The notes: a model not told the origin generated them from the sequence alone. A stretch of 64,000 bases of DNA from a virus (IMGVR_UViG_3300020047_013271:4476-68475), one strand, 5' to 3'; shown: positions 10,805 to 20,386, numbered from the stretch's first letter. Translations and numbers: made by a program.

Positions 10805-12112
10805 TTACTTAGTTTTTATTTTACCTTCTTTTACGGCTTGTTTAATTTGTGCATCATTCCATCCGTTAGCTTTTAAATCTTTAATAGAATATGATGGAAC
10901 AGCAGGTTTTGTTTGTGCTTTTGCTGTGTTTTTAGCCGTTGTCGGATTAGTTTTCTTATTCGACAATGGAGTAGTAACAGAAGTCTTTTTTATTATAATA
11001 GGATTGCCGTCTTTATCATACATTGGTTTTCCTGTAATGTTATTTATTGCTTGAGATTCAGTTACGGTTTGAGAACCTGATTTTTGTTTAGCTTCATTCC
11101 TATCTGCTCTTCTATTAGTTTCTCTATGTTGTCGTTTAGATTCTTCAAGTGTTGCTAAAGAAGTATCCGGTTTTTGTGATATAGTAGTAGGAGCTGTCAT
11201 CATTAACATATCTTCAAGATATTTAGAAGCCGTTTCTCTAACTTTTGGGTCAGAATAGTTTTTTTCGTTTTCCGGATCTAAACCCATTCTGCTTAAAGTT
11301 TCATACATTTTACTATGGTCATTGACTGCATCATTAGCCATAATTTTTGCTAATTCGTCGGCGCCCGGATTATATGTTTTCTCTACGGCATTAAGTCCTG
11401 TGCCTTCAATTACCTTTCTTTCTTTACCTATATTTTTATTAAATAAATCAATAAAACCATCTTTTCCATCTACATTAAATGCTTTTTCAGGATTTAAGGA
11501 TTTTATAAGCTGTTCTCCGGTAATTTCTTTTTGGATTAATTTAGAAACGTTTCCATTTTCGTCTTTTTCAAAAACTGTATATCTTGGGTTTCCATTTGCA
11601 TCATTACTTTGTACGATTTGACCACTTGCTATTTGGTCTAAAATAACAGCTTTGCTTTTTAAACTATTTGGATTATAATCTTTAGCATTTTCAACCCAAC
11701 TTTCTTTCAATGCGTTTATTTGCTTAGGAATATTGGTTAAATTGTTTACACTTGCAATTGCATTTTCATATACTGCCTTGTGTTTGTTATCTCCACTTTT
11801 CATGTAATCGGTATAAGCCTTGTCAGCAGCATCTTTCGCATTCATATAGGATTGCCTATTTACTGCGTCTAATCCTGTTCCTGTAGCCACAAATGGGTTT
11901 TCTTTACTAAACTGTTGAGATTCATTAAAATCCCTTCTTCTATTTTCTTGAAGTTCTCTTTCAGCTTGAAGTTTCGCTTGCTCTTCCTCTCTTTTTATAG
12001 CATTATACTTGAATGCGGAGTTTTCTACATTCTGCAAAGCTTCGCCCATTGGGTTTCCTTGCGTTGGATTGACCGTTGCGTATCCTCCTCCTGAACTACC
12101 TATTACTCCCAT
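10805..12112 (-). CDS. putative internal virion/ejection protein
   Basis: 435-aa helical protein between the pilot-like gene and the giant protein, as in podovirus ejectosome order. Confidence 0.5.
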   Translation of the reverse strand: MGVIGSSGGGYATVNPTQGNPMGEALQNVENSAFKYNAIKREEEQAKLQAERELQENRRRDFNESQQFSKENPFVATGTGLDAVNRQSYMNAKDAADKAYTDYMKSGDNKHKAVYENAIASVNNLTNIPKQINALKESWVENAKDYNPNSLKSKAVILDQIASGQIVQSNDANGNPRYTVFEKDENGNVSKLIQKEITGEQLIKSLNPEKAFNVDGKDGFIDLFNKNIGKERKVIEGTGLNAVEKTYNPGADELAKIMANDAVNDHSKMYETLSRMGLDPENEKNYSDPKVRETASKYLEDMLMMTAPTTISQKPDTSLATLEESKRQHRETNRRADRNEAKQKSGSQTVTESQAINNITGKPMYDKDGNPIIIKKTSVTTPLSNKKTNPTTAKNTAKAQTKPAVPSYSIKDLKANGWNDAQIKQAVKEGKIKTK

Positions 12113-12125
12113 AGTTTATTATTTA

Positions 12126-12713
12126 TTAACCATTCTTTATTTTTTCAGCTCTTTTAGCTTGTCTTGCTAATGCTGCCGCTGAAGGTGTTGAACTTGATGT
12201 ACTTGCTAATGCGTTTCCTGCCATTCCTGCTGAATTAACCATATTTGCCATACCTTGCGCTTGATTTTGGCTTGCTGCATTGTATTGGCTTGATAAAGCG
12301 GCAAGTTTAGCATTTGCTCTTTGGTCTTTCATTGATTGAATCCTTTGTTCGTCTTGCGCTCTAACATTTGAGATATTCGCTTCTTGTTCGTCAAGACCGG
12401 CGGCGATACGAGCATTTGAATCTTGGCTTGCAGCAGTAACGTTTCCAATACCACCAATCAAAGCACGAGTTCCACCTTCTTGTAAAGCACTTGTTTGCGT
12501 AGCGGCTAATTGTGATTGTTGTTGCTTTTGCAAATCAGAACCCATCGTCGAAACTTGCATAGTATCGGCAATATTTGTCAAAGGAGTTTCCTTTTGTTTT
12601 GCGATTTCTCTTGCTATTTTTTTCTTGTTCGAAGCTTCTGTAATCATACTTACTGCTCCGGTAACTGCTCCTAATGCTCCGGCTCCGGCGCTAATTGCTG
12701 TGGCTGCTCCCAT
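12126..12713 (-). CDS. putative DNA ejection/pilot protein
   Basis: Ala/Gly-rich hydrophobic N-terminus followed by a Gln/Ala-rich coiled coil. Confidence 0.55.
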   Translation of the reverse strand: MGAATAISAGAGALGAVTGAVSMITEASNKKKIAREIAKQKETPLTNIADTMQVSTMGSDLQKQQQSQLAATQTSALQEGGTRALIGGIGNVTAASQDSNARIAAGLDEQEANISNVRAQDEQRIQSMKDQRANAKLAALSSQYNAASQNQAQGMANMVNSAGMAGNALASTSSSTPSAAALARQAKRAEKIKNG

Positions 12714-12715
12714 TC

Positions 12716-13114
12716 TTATATTTTTTTTATATAGTGATTAACCGCCGAATCTCCTAAGTCAAAACCCACGTTCAATAGCGGATCAATTATTGCCTGAGTA
12801 CCGGAAGTCGTAATCACGGTTAGTATATTTTTTCTTTTACAATATTTTAAAACGGCTTCGAGCAAAAACTCCATACCGCCAACCTTTTTCTTATAGTTCA
12901 CATTTTTATTACTCGCAGGGAAAGCTACCCAACACAATTTGCTATCCGTAAAGTAAACCCAAATACAATAAATCGGAATCTCATCTGCGTAACATATAAA
13001 AACATTCTCTGGCAGTATTAAGTCACTTATAATTGGGAATTTATGCCCTTCTAACCATTTGCAGAACACTGGGTAAAACTCTGATTTAGAATGTTTATGT
13101 ACTATGAATTCCAT
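12716..13114 (-). CDS. GNAT-fold-like virion-module protein
   Basis: 132 aa with a beta-strand pattern and terminal ..LLNVGF.. ; usual position upstream of ejection genes. Confidence 0.4.
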   Translation of the reverse strand: MEFIVHKHSKSEFYPVFCKWLEGHKFPIISDLILPENVFICYADEIPIYCIWVYFTDSKLCWVAFPASNKNVNYKKKVGGMEFLLEAVLKYCKRKNILTVITTSGTQAIIDPLLNVGFDLGDSAVNHYIKKI

Positions 13115-13133
13115 TTGAGTAAATTTATTTTAA

Positions 13134-13165
13134 CAAAGATATAAATTAAACGACAACAAACGTTT
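13134..13165 (-). promoter_or_regulatory. late-type promoter: TATCTTTG (-7 box) plus conserved AAACGTTTGTTGTCGTTT element
   Basis: Bacteroidota -7 consensus TAnnTTTG with a motif shared by five other virion-gene promoters at identical spacing. Confidence 0.75.
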
Positions 13166-13241
13166 ACACTTGGAAAGTATTTCAATTTTTGTATTATGAT
13201 ATTAAATAGTTTTGCGTAATTTGTTTTTTAAACGAATAATT

Positions 13242-13589
13242 ATGCAGTCAGAATCTTTATTGAAATATTTATCAGGATATTTACCTTATGAATTACAAGT
13301 GCTAAATACCATAACAAACATAAAGTGTGTTTTGAGCGAATCTACTATTTCTAAAATCCTCAAAAACTCTGCGAATCAATTGCTAATTTTAAGACCTTTT
13401 CATGAATATAAACTTATTATTGAATCAGGAAAAGAGTTATCACATTCTGAAATAGATATGATTGACAAAAATCCTGATTCAATAAATAAAATTTCATTCG
13501 AAGCAATTGAAGTTATGCTAGAACATCATGTAGATATTTATAGGCTTATCAATAAAGGACTTGCCGTTTCTATTCATGATGTTGTTTAA
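13242..13589 (+). CDS. hypothetical phage protein inserted antisense in the virion module
   Basis: ORF from ATG 13242 (MQSESLLKYLSGYLPYEL); converges on and overlaps the stop of the tail gene by 4 nt. Confidence 0.6.
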   Translation: MQSESLLKYLSGYLPYELQVLNTITNIKCVLSESTISKILKNSANQLLILRPFHEYKLIIESGKELSHSEIDMIDKNPDSINKISFEAIEVMLEHHVDIYRLINKGLAVSIHDVV

Positions 13590-16500
13590 ATATAACTCTT
13601 GCTTACCTCAGTATTCACAGCGTAAACTTCCGTCTTAGTATTTTTGCTCAGTGTAGCAGTTACGACCATGTGATATCCCAACATTCCACTACTTTCGGCG
13701 CTTTGTGGTTTAGAGCATAGAACAAAATCTCCGTTTACGATATTAGCGACTGCGTTTAGCGTAAGGGAATTTGTAGTTTTGCTCAAAATCGTTCCTACTA
13801 ATTGCAAGTCTAAATTTCTGATTTCGTCGCCAATGGAAATCACATCATCTAACGGGAAACTAAAACTTAATACTAATCCGTTTAAGATACAATTCCCTAT
13901 TCCTTGATGAGCTAATTGCGATGTGTCTATAACATCATTTGACGTTCGTGTGTACGCTCTGTAAACTCCTTCTTGCTTTTCGAAGTCCGAAGCGTTGATG
14001 TAACCTTTATCTAAGTCAGTTTCGAGTGAAAGTTGCCACGCATCCGTACCTTCAATTTCCGTCGTTTTATAAATCTTTCTTTCACTTGGATTTTGGGAGA
14101 AATTAAACGTAAATTTACTTGGATACTCCACGCCAAAGAATGTATTTCTACCGGTTAATTGGTTGTGTTCGTAGATTTCACCGTTTTTAAAGGCTAAAAA
14201 CTTTCCGTTAACACAACACATATCTTCCGGATTAAAGGTCATTCTTCCTAACCATCCGTTGTCTTTATCGCTATAAACCCATGTTACATACAATGAAGTA
14301 TTGTACTGAATATTTAACACATACACATCATTATAACTATCGTACGTTCCGTTCACATGATTGATTACATTATCTCTGAACAGCGTTTTAAAATAGCTTC
14401 TCATTCCTTGACTTGAAATTTCAAACAAACCGTTATTCGATTTTTTAATTACAACTCCACGGCTCACGTCGGTATGGTACGAGTTATTTCCGTAATTATC
14501 GTAACTATCCGCATGGGTGCTAATTCCAAAATCACCTACGTATAAATCCTGACTTCCTAATACTTCAGAACTTTTGGATAAATTTGAGCTTCCGTCGGCG
14601 TTATACAACACATCTTTACCGTAAAATACCTGAGAATCTTTATCTTCCTGAAATACTTGTAGGTTTGTTTCTTCACCTTTTATCTTGTAAATGGCTCCGT
14701 AGGATTTATCAATATCATCCTTGAAATTTGCCAAAGCTAAATTAAATTCGCTTAATTTATTTACGTTTGAGTTTGAATTAAAAACTCCGGAATACGTAAT
14801 ATCAGCAAATCTATTCGTTTGTTTGTAGCCATCTTTACTCACTTCTGAAGGATTAGAATCCATAGAAAATGATTTACCCAAGTAAGCATCTTGCATCTTA
14901 AAACTCTCTACGCCATTTCCAAAAGCATAACAGTTGAAAGCATCATTAAGAATATGTTCTGTAAATTCATGCGCTCCTCCGGTGATTGTATAGGTTTCAG
15001 GAGTTTCGAAGAAAGGTGACGATAGGTCCTCAAAAGGTTCCGTTTCAAATGCTAACATTCCGCCGGCAAAGTTCACATCAAAACTAATATCAGTAATAAT
15101 ATCTCTTGACGCCGTTCCGTTACGATTGCATTTCACTGAAAATGATTTTCCATCTGTATCAAACTGCCAATCCAAAATATTTTCAGTAGCATAAGCGCCC
15201 CAAATATCTAAGTCCATAACTTCCGCTTCCCACCAATCTCTAATGCTTAAATAATCTTTTTGAGCGTTTGTTTTTATCTCATAAGGATTGTCAAAAGCGA
15301 TGCTTCCATACGCTTTAAAACTCACAAAAAATCGTATCTGAGAACCTGCTTTTACTTCGTATGGTTTAAAAACAGTAGTTTCATAAACTCCAAACAAAGG
15401 AGTAGTAGTAACGAACGAATCTCTTGCGTATCTTCTTTTTCCAAAACCGGCATAAGTCTGGAACGAATCTTGGTCAATATCCATATCAAAACTACCTTGC
15501 TTTATTTTCATGTAAAGTCCTGGTTGTTCGATTAAATCTACTCCGGTAGCTAATTTATTGTCTTTAATGAAGTCTTGGTCCTTTGTGGCTATTTCTAATA
15601 CTTTCGTTTTAGCTAAATATTCTAACGGTCCTGAATAATCTGATTTCACAATCAAAGTATCGCCCTCTTTTACCTTGTTTTTGTTTTCTCCAACTAATTT
15701 AACCCAACGGTAAATACCATCCTTGTAAACTTCATTTCCGTAGATAGTTTCGTAGGTTGTTTTTGATTGTTTTATTCCAAATTTATAGTACTTTGCCCAA
15801 GAAGGAGGGTTGTGAGTTACTATTGCTTTTACCTTGTTTACAAATGTGCTTTTTTCAGCCGGAATGTAGATTGAATTATTTTTAGAAACTAATGATGTTG
15901 TTTTTCTACCTTGGGCATCCATGTAAAACATGCACAGTTCAATATCTCTATTGCTATGCATCGATGAAAATGAGTTTTCACTAACAGTCAAAAAAGCAGC
16001 TTCTTTAATCAAAAAGAATTCATTTTTATTTTCAGTTATTCCGGAAGATTCTAATACGCTATAAACTACTTTTGGCGCCGTAATCGTAATAATGTTTCCG
16101 CTATTTGCTAACAAAAATCCTGCATACGAAACTATTGTACCTTCATTACTAATTTGATCCGCTTTAAACGCAAGTGAAAAAGCATTTTCAAGTTGGTTTT
16201 TGAATGATGAATTTACGTAAAAATCCGCAACACTCACATAATCCGATGTCAAATTATAAAAGAATGTCAACGATGGTTTTACTTCTAATACCAAAGAAGA
16301 TTGCAACTCAAAGTTAATACGTATTTGCTCTCCTGACTTAAATGCATAACCCGTAAGGTCAATATTTGCTTTTCTATCAAGAATGGTATTCCCTAATAAA
16401 TCAGTGCCGTATCCGCCTGATTTTGGAAAAGACAATTGATGTGTAGCGAAATAGTTTCTTCTCGTAAGAAGAGTAGGGAAATTAAGGATTTCATATTTTA

Positions 16501-17926
16501 ATTGACAATCGTAAATAAGCCCTAAATCTGATGTAACATATACTTTCACATTCTTGTTTGAAGTGGTTGTGTATAAGTCGTTATTAGTTCCTGTTACATT
16601 ATTTATTGAGTTTAATATTGTCGTTCCATCTTTTAGTGTAATCGTGTAAGGAACGGAAGAATATCCGGCTTTCGGAGTTACGGTCACATTTAAAATCGCA
16701 AGTGTAGCACCGGTCAAATCAATAGCCAATTCATTTGTAGTGAAATTCATTTGGTCCGTTGTAGGACTTCCATAATCCTGATTTCCTTCTTCAAAATCTG
16801 TAACGTTAGAATAAGTAGTGCTATCAACAAAATCAACTATTGAAGTATTAATATTACCTACGTATGGATTTGTAGAAACGCATTCTACGCTAAAATCTAT
16901 GTCAGTGTCAATATCTCTTCCCTCTACATAGTTTGCATAGGTCAAGCGATTCATTATTGTAGTTTGGGCAACGGATGAAAGTGGTACATTGTCAAAATTT
17001 CTCGAAGCATCTTCTGTCGAAAGAATTTTGAATATTTTACTCTTACTTAACTGAAAAGTTTTCAACGAATTATTTCCCCAAGACTCCTTAGATTTATTGA
17101 AATTTTGAATAACGTATATAAAGTTTTGGTCACTTTCTTTGAACAAAAGTTCTACTTCTACAACTTCTCTTGGTCCGGTTTTAAATTCAATATCTACGGC
17201 ATTAGAAAGATTTAGCATCCCTTTATTTTCGTAGGTTTGATAGTCTAACTCAAAAGATTTTGGTTCAAAAGCTATTTTGGACCATGAACTTGGGCAGGAA
17301 TAAAAACCATCTGCATATTTATAACGATATGCAAGTCGAATAAATTTATCTTCAATGAAATTATTTTCAACTCCGTCAATGCTTGTAGTCAATGTAATCT
17401 CAGGAGCAAAAATCGGCGACGGCTTCATTACAGAAATCTCGTCTTCAGTAAACCCATCAACTCCCCATGTTTTTGCACGTTCTATATTAAATGCTCTTGG
17501 CGGATTACTATCACCCGAAAATGCAATAATATTTCCATCACCATTCGCATCGATAATAATATCAACATTTCGGATTCGTTCTCCGGATCTAAAATTCAAC
17601 AACGTCCCGGTAGTAGATTGGGCCACAATAACCGAAGTATGAGTATCTATATCATATTCAATTATGTAATCGTGATTAGTTCCTTTGATGAAATTATATA
17701 CTTTATTGTTCTTTGTGTCAATACCATTTCCTACTGTCTTTCCTCCGGTAATATTGTAGGCAGTTTTGAGCGCATTTCCTAAGGCATTTTTTCCAACTCC
17801 ACCGCTTGCTCCATCTACCGTCGTTACGAAAAAGTTCTCAGCATCGATTAATTTTCCAACTTCGACAAAACGTCCTTCGCTGTCCTTATCAATTGTCCCT
17901 AAATGAAAAGTGTTTTGTAATTTCAT
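13586..17926 (-). CDS. tail stabilisation/nozzle protein (P22 gp10 / crAss muzzle-like)
   Basis: 1446 aa, beta-rich; N-terminus F..G.IDKD..R..E..G...DAEN and position after ring proteins. Confidence 0.65.
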   Translation of the reverse strand: MKLQNTFHLGTIDKDSEGRFVEVGKLIDAENFFVTTVDGASGGVGKNALGNALKTAYNITGGKTVGNGIDTKNNKVYNFIKGTNHDYIIEYDIDTHTSVIVAQSTTGTLLNFRSGERIRNVDIIIDANGDGNIIAFSGDSNPPRAFNIERAKTWGVDGFTEDEISVMKPSPIFAPEITLTTSIDGVENNFIEDKFIRLAYRYKYADGFYSCPSSWSKIAFEPKSFELDYQTYENKGMLNLSNAVDIEFKTGPREVVEVELLFKESDQNFIYVIQNFNKSKESWGNNSLKTFQLSKSKIFKILSTEDASRNFDNVPLSSVAQTTIMNRLTYANYVEGRDIDTDIDFSVECVSTNPYVGNINTSIVDFVDSTTYSNVTDFEEGNQDYGSPTTDQMNFTTNELAIDLTGATLAILNVTVTPKAGYSSVPYTITLKDGTTILNSINNVTGTNNDLYTTTSNKNVKVYVTSDLGLIYDCQLKYEILNFPTLLTRRNYFATHQLSFPKSGGYGTDLLGNTILDRKANIDLTGYAFKSGEQIRINFELQSSLVLEVKPSLTFFYNLTSDYVSVADFYVNSSFKNQLENAFSLAFKADQISNEGTIVSYAGFLLANSGNIITITAPKVVYSVLESSGITENKNEFFLIKEAAFLTVSENSFSSMHSNRDIELCMFYMDAQGRKTTSLVSKNNSIYIPAEKSTFVNKVKAIVTHNPPSWAKYYKFGIKQSKTTYETIYGNEVYKDGIYRWVKLVGENKNKVKEGDTLIVKSDYSGPLEYLAKTKVLEIATKDQDFIKDNKLATGVDLIEQPGLYMKIKQGSFDMDIDQDSFQTYAGFGKRRYARDSFVTTTPLFGVYETTVFKPYEVKAGSQIRFFVSFKAYGSIAFDNPYEIKTNAQKDYLSIRDWWEAEVMDLDIWGAYATENILDWQFDTDGKSFSVKCNRNGTASRDIITDISFDVNFAGGMLAFETEPFEDLSSPFFETPETYTITGGAHEFTEHILNDAFNCYAFGNGVESFKMQDAYLGKSFSMDSNPSEVSKDGYKQTNRFADITYSGVFNSNSNVNKLSEFNLALANFKDDIDKSYGAIYKIKGEETNLQVFQEDKDSQVFYGKDVLYNADGSSNLSKSSEVLGSQDLYVGDFGISTHADSYDNYGNNSYHTDVSRGVVIKKSNNGLFEISSQGMRSYFKTLFRDNVINHVNGTYDSYNDVYVLNIQYNTSLYVTWVYSDKDNGWLGRMTFNPEDMCCVNGKFLAFKNGEIYEHNQLTGRNTFFGVEYPSKFTFNFSQNPSERKIYKTTEIEGTDAWQLSLETDLDKGYINASDFEKQEGVYRAYTRTSNDVIDTSQLAHQGIGNCILNGLVLSFSFPLDDVISIGDEIRNLDLQLVGTILSKTTNSLTLNAVANIVNGDFVLCSKPQSAESSGMLGYHMVVTATLSKNTKTEVYAVNTEVSKSYI

Positions 17927-18781
17927 CTATCTTATGTGTTTTCGTTTTGCATTCAAGCATAACATTACATCGCTTATTTTGATATTCATCAACGCTATTT
18001 TAGCATTTTTATAAGCACTTTCCCAACTTTTCTTTGCTGCCATTTTTTCGTACATCGGAACTCCAAACACATTTCGCATCAATTCGTAGTTTACAAAATT
18101 GTACAAAGCTTCCTCAGCCATTTTAGATACTTTAATATCGCTTTCATTGCTATATTCTAAGCCATCTGAAATGTATTCAAGCATGATTACTCTGATTGCG
18201 TTATCGGAGCTGAAATGTATCTTTCCGGAACGAGTATCGATATGAAATGTTCCGTTAGCATTTTTGGTGGTATCTAAGCGAAAGTCTGTATCCGTAGAAC
18301 AACTATCAACCGTTCCAAGAATATTTTTTTGTTTTACGGCGTCGTTTAGTTCTGAGAAATAAGTACTTCCCTCTAATATAAAACCGTTGTCATCAAATAG
18401 AATATCTGCATTATGGTCTTGAAGATAGGCAGTAGCCATTGGTGCTTTTGTATTTTCAGATAAAACCATCAAATCTCCTGAATCCGGATTTACATAAGAG
18501 ATTCTAACCCAATTAAAATAGTCCGGAGGAAGAATAATATCCAACGTATCGCCAAGTTCCAACTCTCTAGCTTTTACTTCACGCAAAGCATTTAGAGAGA
18601 ACTTTTTGATCCCTTGTTTGAATTGGTAGATTACACGACTTCTACTCGGATTTACGATTAAAAAACCATCACCGGTATAGTTAGCAATGAAATTTAGCAC
18701 CATTTCTTCTAAGGTTACGTACGAATATGAGCCATGATTCTCTTCATTTTCATAATATTCTTGGGGATTCATTGAACTCAT
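17927..18781 (-). CDS. tail ring/tubular protein
   Basis: 284 aa; YYENEENHGSYSYVTLEE..NF N-terminus and ILEYISDGL motif recalled from Bacteroidota podovirus tail proteins. Confidence 0.55.
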   Translation of the reverse strand: MSSMNPQEYYENEENHGSYSYVTLEEMVLNFIANYTGDGFLIVNPSRSRVIYQFKQGIKKFSLNALREVKARELELGDTLDIILPPDYFNWVRISYVNPDSGDLMVLSENTKAPMATAYLQDHNADILFDDNGFILEGSTYFSELNDAVKQKNILGTVDSCSTDTDFRLDTTKNANGTFHIDTRSGKIHFSSDNAIRVIMLEYISDGLEYSNESDIKVSKMAEEALYNFVNYELMRNVFGVPMYEKMAAKKSWESAYKNAKIALMNIKISDVMLCLNAKRKHIR

Positions 18782-18784
18782 ATC

Positions 18785-19516
18785 TTAGGATTGTTTTTGG
18801 TCAATAGTTACTTCGGCATTGGCAGCGGCGGCCACGACGTCACTTTCTCTTATAGATAAACCACAGTAAGCCATTACTTTGGTAACGAAAGGAACAAACA
18901 AGGACTCGTCTATTTCCAAATCCTGTTTATCACTTGCTCCTGCATTGTAAATTGGGTTTCCACTTACGGTAACATACGTCCATTTCGGAGTTTTAGGGAC
19001 TCTTATATAAAGCAACTCTAAACTGTATCCCGCCGGAACCGTTGGGTACACTTTAAAACCATTTCCTATCTTAACACAAATAGGGTAGGTAGTAGTAGGC
19101 ATGTTGATTTTGGAGTTTATAAGGTTGTTGAGTTCCGTTCCTTTTGAAACTTCCTCAACATCTATTTTTTTTCCACCGGCGTTTTTAAGCGAAAGTCCTT
19201 CAGTCCTGTACAAATCTCCTCCGGTATAACTCCAAAGTTCTGTACCTGAATTATAAGTAAAATTTGAAGTGGTAGAATAAGCCGAAAATACATCAATTTG
19301 CTCTTTGATATTCTTAGGAATATCAGCGTACTCCGTACCGGTAAGATGCTTCGACTTATTGCTCAACCACTTATTATATTGATAAAATAAGTTTTCAAAA
19401 ATATCCATTTGGGCTAAATAACAAAAAGAATCGAATTTCTCTGGAGAGATGAATCCTCTATTGCTCTTATCCAAGAGATGTAAAACGGTATTTCGGCAAC
19501 GATTTATAGGTATCAT
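18785..19516 (-). CDS. head-tail adaptor/ring protein (start re-called at MIPINR)
   Basis: NK.NRGFISPEKFD.F..LAQMDIFE pattern; the ORF-track start at 19588 runs through the promoter motif. Confidence 0.55.
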   Translation of the reverse strand: MIPINRCRNTVLHLLDKSNRGFISPEKFDSFCYLAQMDIFENLFYQYNKWLSNKSKHLTGTEYADIPKNIKEQIDVFSAYSTTSNFTYNSGTELWSYTGGDLYRTEGLSLKNAGGKKIDVEEVSKGTELNNLINSKINMPTTTYPICVKIGNGFKVYPTVPAGYSLELLYIRVPKTPKWTYVTVSGNPIYNAGASDKQDLEIDESLFVPFVTKVMAYCGLSIRESDVVAAAANAEVTIDQKQS

Positions 19517-19532
19517 TTTCAAGTATTTATAG

Positions 19533-19568
19533 CAAAGATAAAAAATAAACGACAACAAACATTTGTAA
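19533..19568 (-). promoter_or_regulatory. late-type promoter with conserved palindromic element; divergent tRNA-operon promoter (TACATTTG near 19583) on + strand
   Basis: CAAAGATA-N6-AAACGACAACAAACATTTG on + strand. Confidence 0.7.
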
Positions 19569-19595
19569 TTGAATAATTTATTATACATTTGCCTT

Positions 19596-19661
19596 ATGAA
19601 AACACAAAGTTTATATCTATCATTTTGTTATTCGCTTATAAGCGGGAAGACTAGCGTATGA
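19596..19661 (+). CDS. 21-aa leader peptide upstream of the tRNA operon
   Basis: ATG just after the TACATTTG box; MKTQSLYLSFCYSLISGKTSV*; followed by a terminator-like hairpin. Confidence 0.4.
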   Translation: MKTQSLYLSFCYSLISGKTSV

Positions 19662-19686
19662 TATAAATTAAAAAATATAAAACACT

Positions 19687-19724
19687 AAAAATCCCAATTC
19701 GAAAGTTTTGGGATTTTTTATTTT
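19687..19724 (+). terminator. terminator-like hairpin immediately before the first tRNA
   Basis: AAAAATCCCAA-loop-TTGGGATTTTT followed by a T-run. Confidence 0.6.
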
Positions 19725-19805
19725 GGGGTGGATGGTAAGTGGGCGAAATCAGCAGTCTGTAAAACTGTCGTTAATTCTATGCAGGTTCGAATCCTGCCTT
19801 CCCCA
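19725..19805 (+). tRNA. tRNA-Tyr(GTA)
   Basis: Anticodon arm GCAGT-CTGTAAA-ACTGT; T-arm GCAGG-TTCGAAT-CCTGC; acceptor with one mismatch. Confidence 0.8.
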
Positions 19806-19810
19806 CAAAC

Positions 19811-19884
19811 GGTATCGTAACTCAGTTGCGTAGAGTGTTAGTCTGAAAAGCTAATGGTCGTTGGTTCGAGTCCAACCGATACCA
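19811..19884 (+). tRNA. tRNA-Phe(GAA)
   Basis: GGTATCG/CGATACC acceptor; loop CTGAAAA; GTTGG-TTCGAGT-CCAAC T-arm. Confidence 0.9.
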
Positions 19885-19889
19885 CAAAT

Positions 19890-19962
19890 AGCAGTATGGT
19901 GAAATGGTAAGCACAACAGTTTTAAGCGCTGTCAATTTCGGGTTCGAGTCCCGATACTGCCA
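19890..19962 (+). tRNA. tRNA-Leu(TAA), short variable arm, A1:C72 mismatch
   Basis: ACAGT-TTTAAGC-GCTGT anticodon arm; TCGGG-TTCGAGT-CCCGA T-arm. Confidence 0.75.
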
Positions 19963-19968
19963 CTAAAA

Positions 19969-20058
19969 GGAAGATTAAGCCGAGTTGGTCTATCGGCAGC
20001 GCACTTGAAATGCGTCAATCCTTAAAAGGGTGTGTGGGTTCGAGTCCTACATCTTCCG
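19969..20058 (+). tRNA. tRNA-Ser(TGA)
   Basis: GGAAGAT/ATCTTCC acceptor, G73, long variable arm, loop CTTGAAA. Confidence 0.9.
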
Positions 20059-20063
20059 CAAAA

Positions 20064-20093
20064 TGTCCAGTTTTTTGCGCAAAAAACTGGACA
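20064..20093. repeat. perfect 30-bp palindrome between two Ser tRNAs
   Basis: TGTCCAGTTTTTTGC|GCAAAAAACTGGACA. Confidence 0.9.
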
Positions 20094-20098
20094 AAAAT

Positions 20099-20181
20099 AG
20101 AAAGTAAACCTACTAGGGTAGGCACATCCTGCTAAGATGTTGGTTCGGTAAACGGATGGGGGTCACTACCTCTGCTTTCTG
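20099..20181 (+). tRNA. tRNA-Ser(GCT) with degenerate T-loop
   Basis: ACATC-CTGCTAA-GATGT anticodon arm, long variable arm, G73; T-loop lacks TTC. Confidence 0.65.
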
Positions 20182-20187
20182 CTAAAT

Positions 20188-20261
20188 GATAGTGTTTCTA
20201 ATATTGGTTTTGGAGCAAGCTTGCAACCCTTGTGATGTCAGTTCGATTCTGACCACTATCT
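20188..20261 (+). tRNA. tRNA-Cys(GCA)
   Basis: GATAGTG/CACTATC acceptor, U73 discriminator (Cys identity), loop TTGCAAC. Confidence 0.8.
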
Positions 20262-20266
20262 CAACC

Positions 20267-20347
20267 GCCGAAGTGACGTAAAAGCGAATGGCAGAGTATC
20301 CAGTCTTAGAAATTGGGGTTTTATGGGTTCGAGTCCCATCTTCGGTA
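20267..20347 (+). tRNA. tRNA-Leu(TAG), short variable arm
   Basis: CCAGT-CTTAGAA-ATTGG anticodon arm; ATGGG-TTCGAGT-CCCAT T-arm. Confidence 0.75.
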
Positions 20348-20354
20348 CTAATAA

Positions 20355-20386
20355 AAAATCCCGCTAAAACTAATTAGCGGGATTTT
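20355..20386. terminator. bidirectional terminator
   Basis: AAAATCCCGCTAA-loop-TTAGCGGGATTTT between the tRNA operon and a convergent CDS. Confidence 0.85.

Noticed and set aside
17924-17929. Programmed read-through fusing the ring protein to the 1446-aa tail protein (TAG directly followed by in-frame ATG)
   Set aside because: The same stop-start abutment occurs elsewhere with TAA (42046/42047), so tight packing is the simpler explanation.
20267-20347. Amber suppressor tRNA
   Set aside because: The anticodon is TAG (reads CUA/Leu), not CTA. Likewise the 19890 tRNA is best framed as TAA with G37, not TTA.
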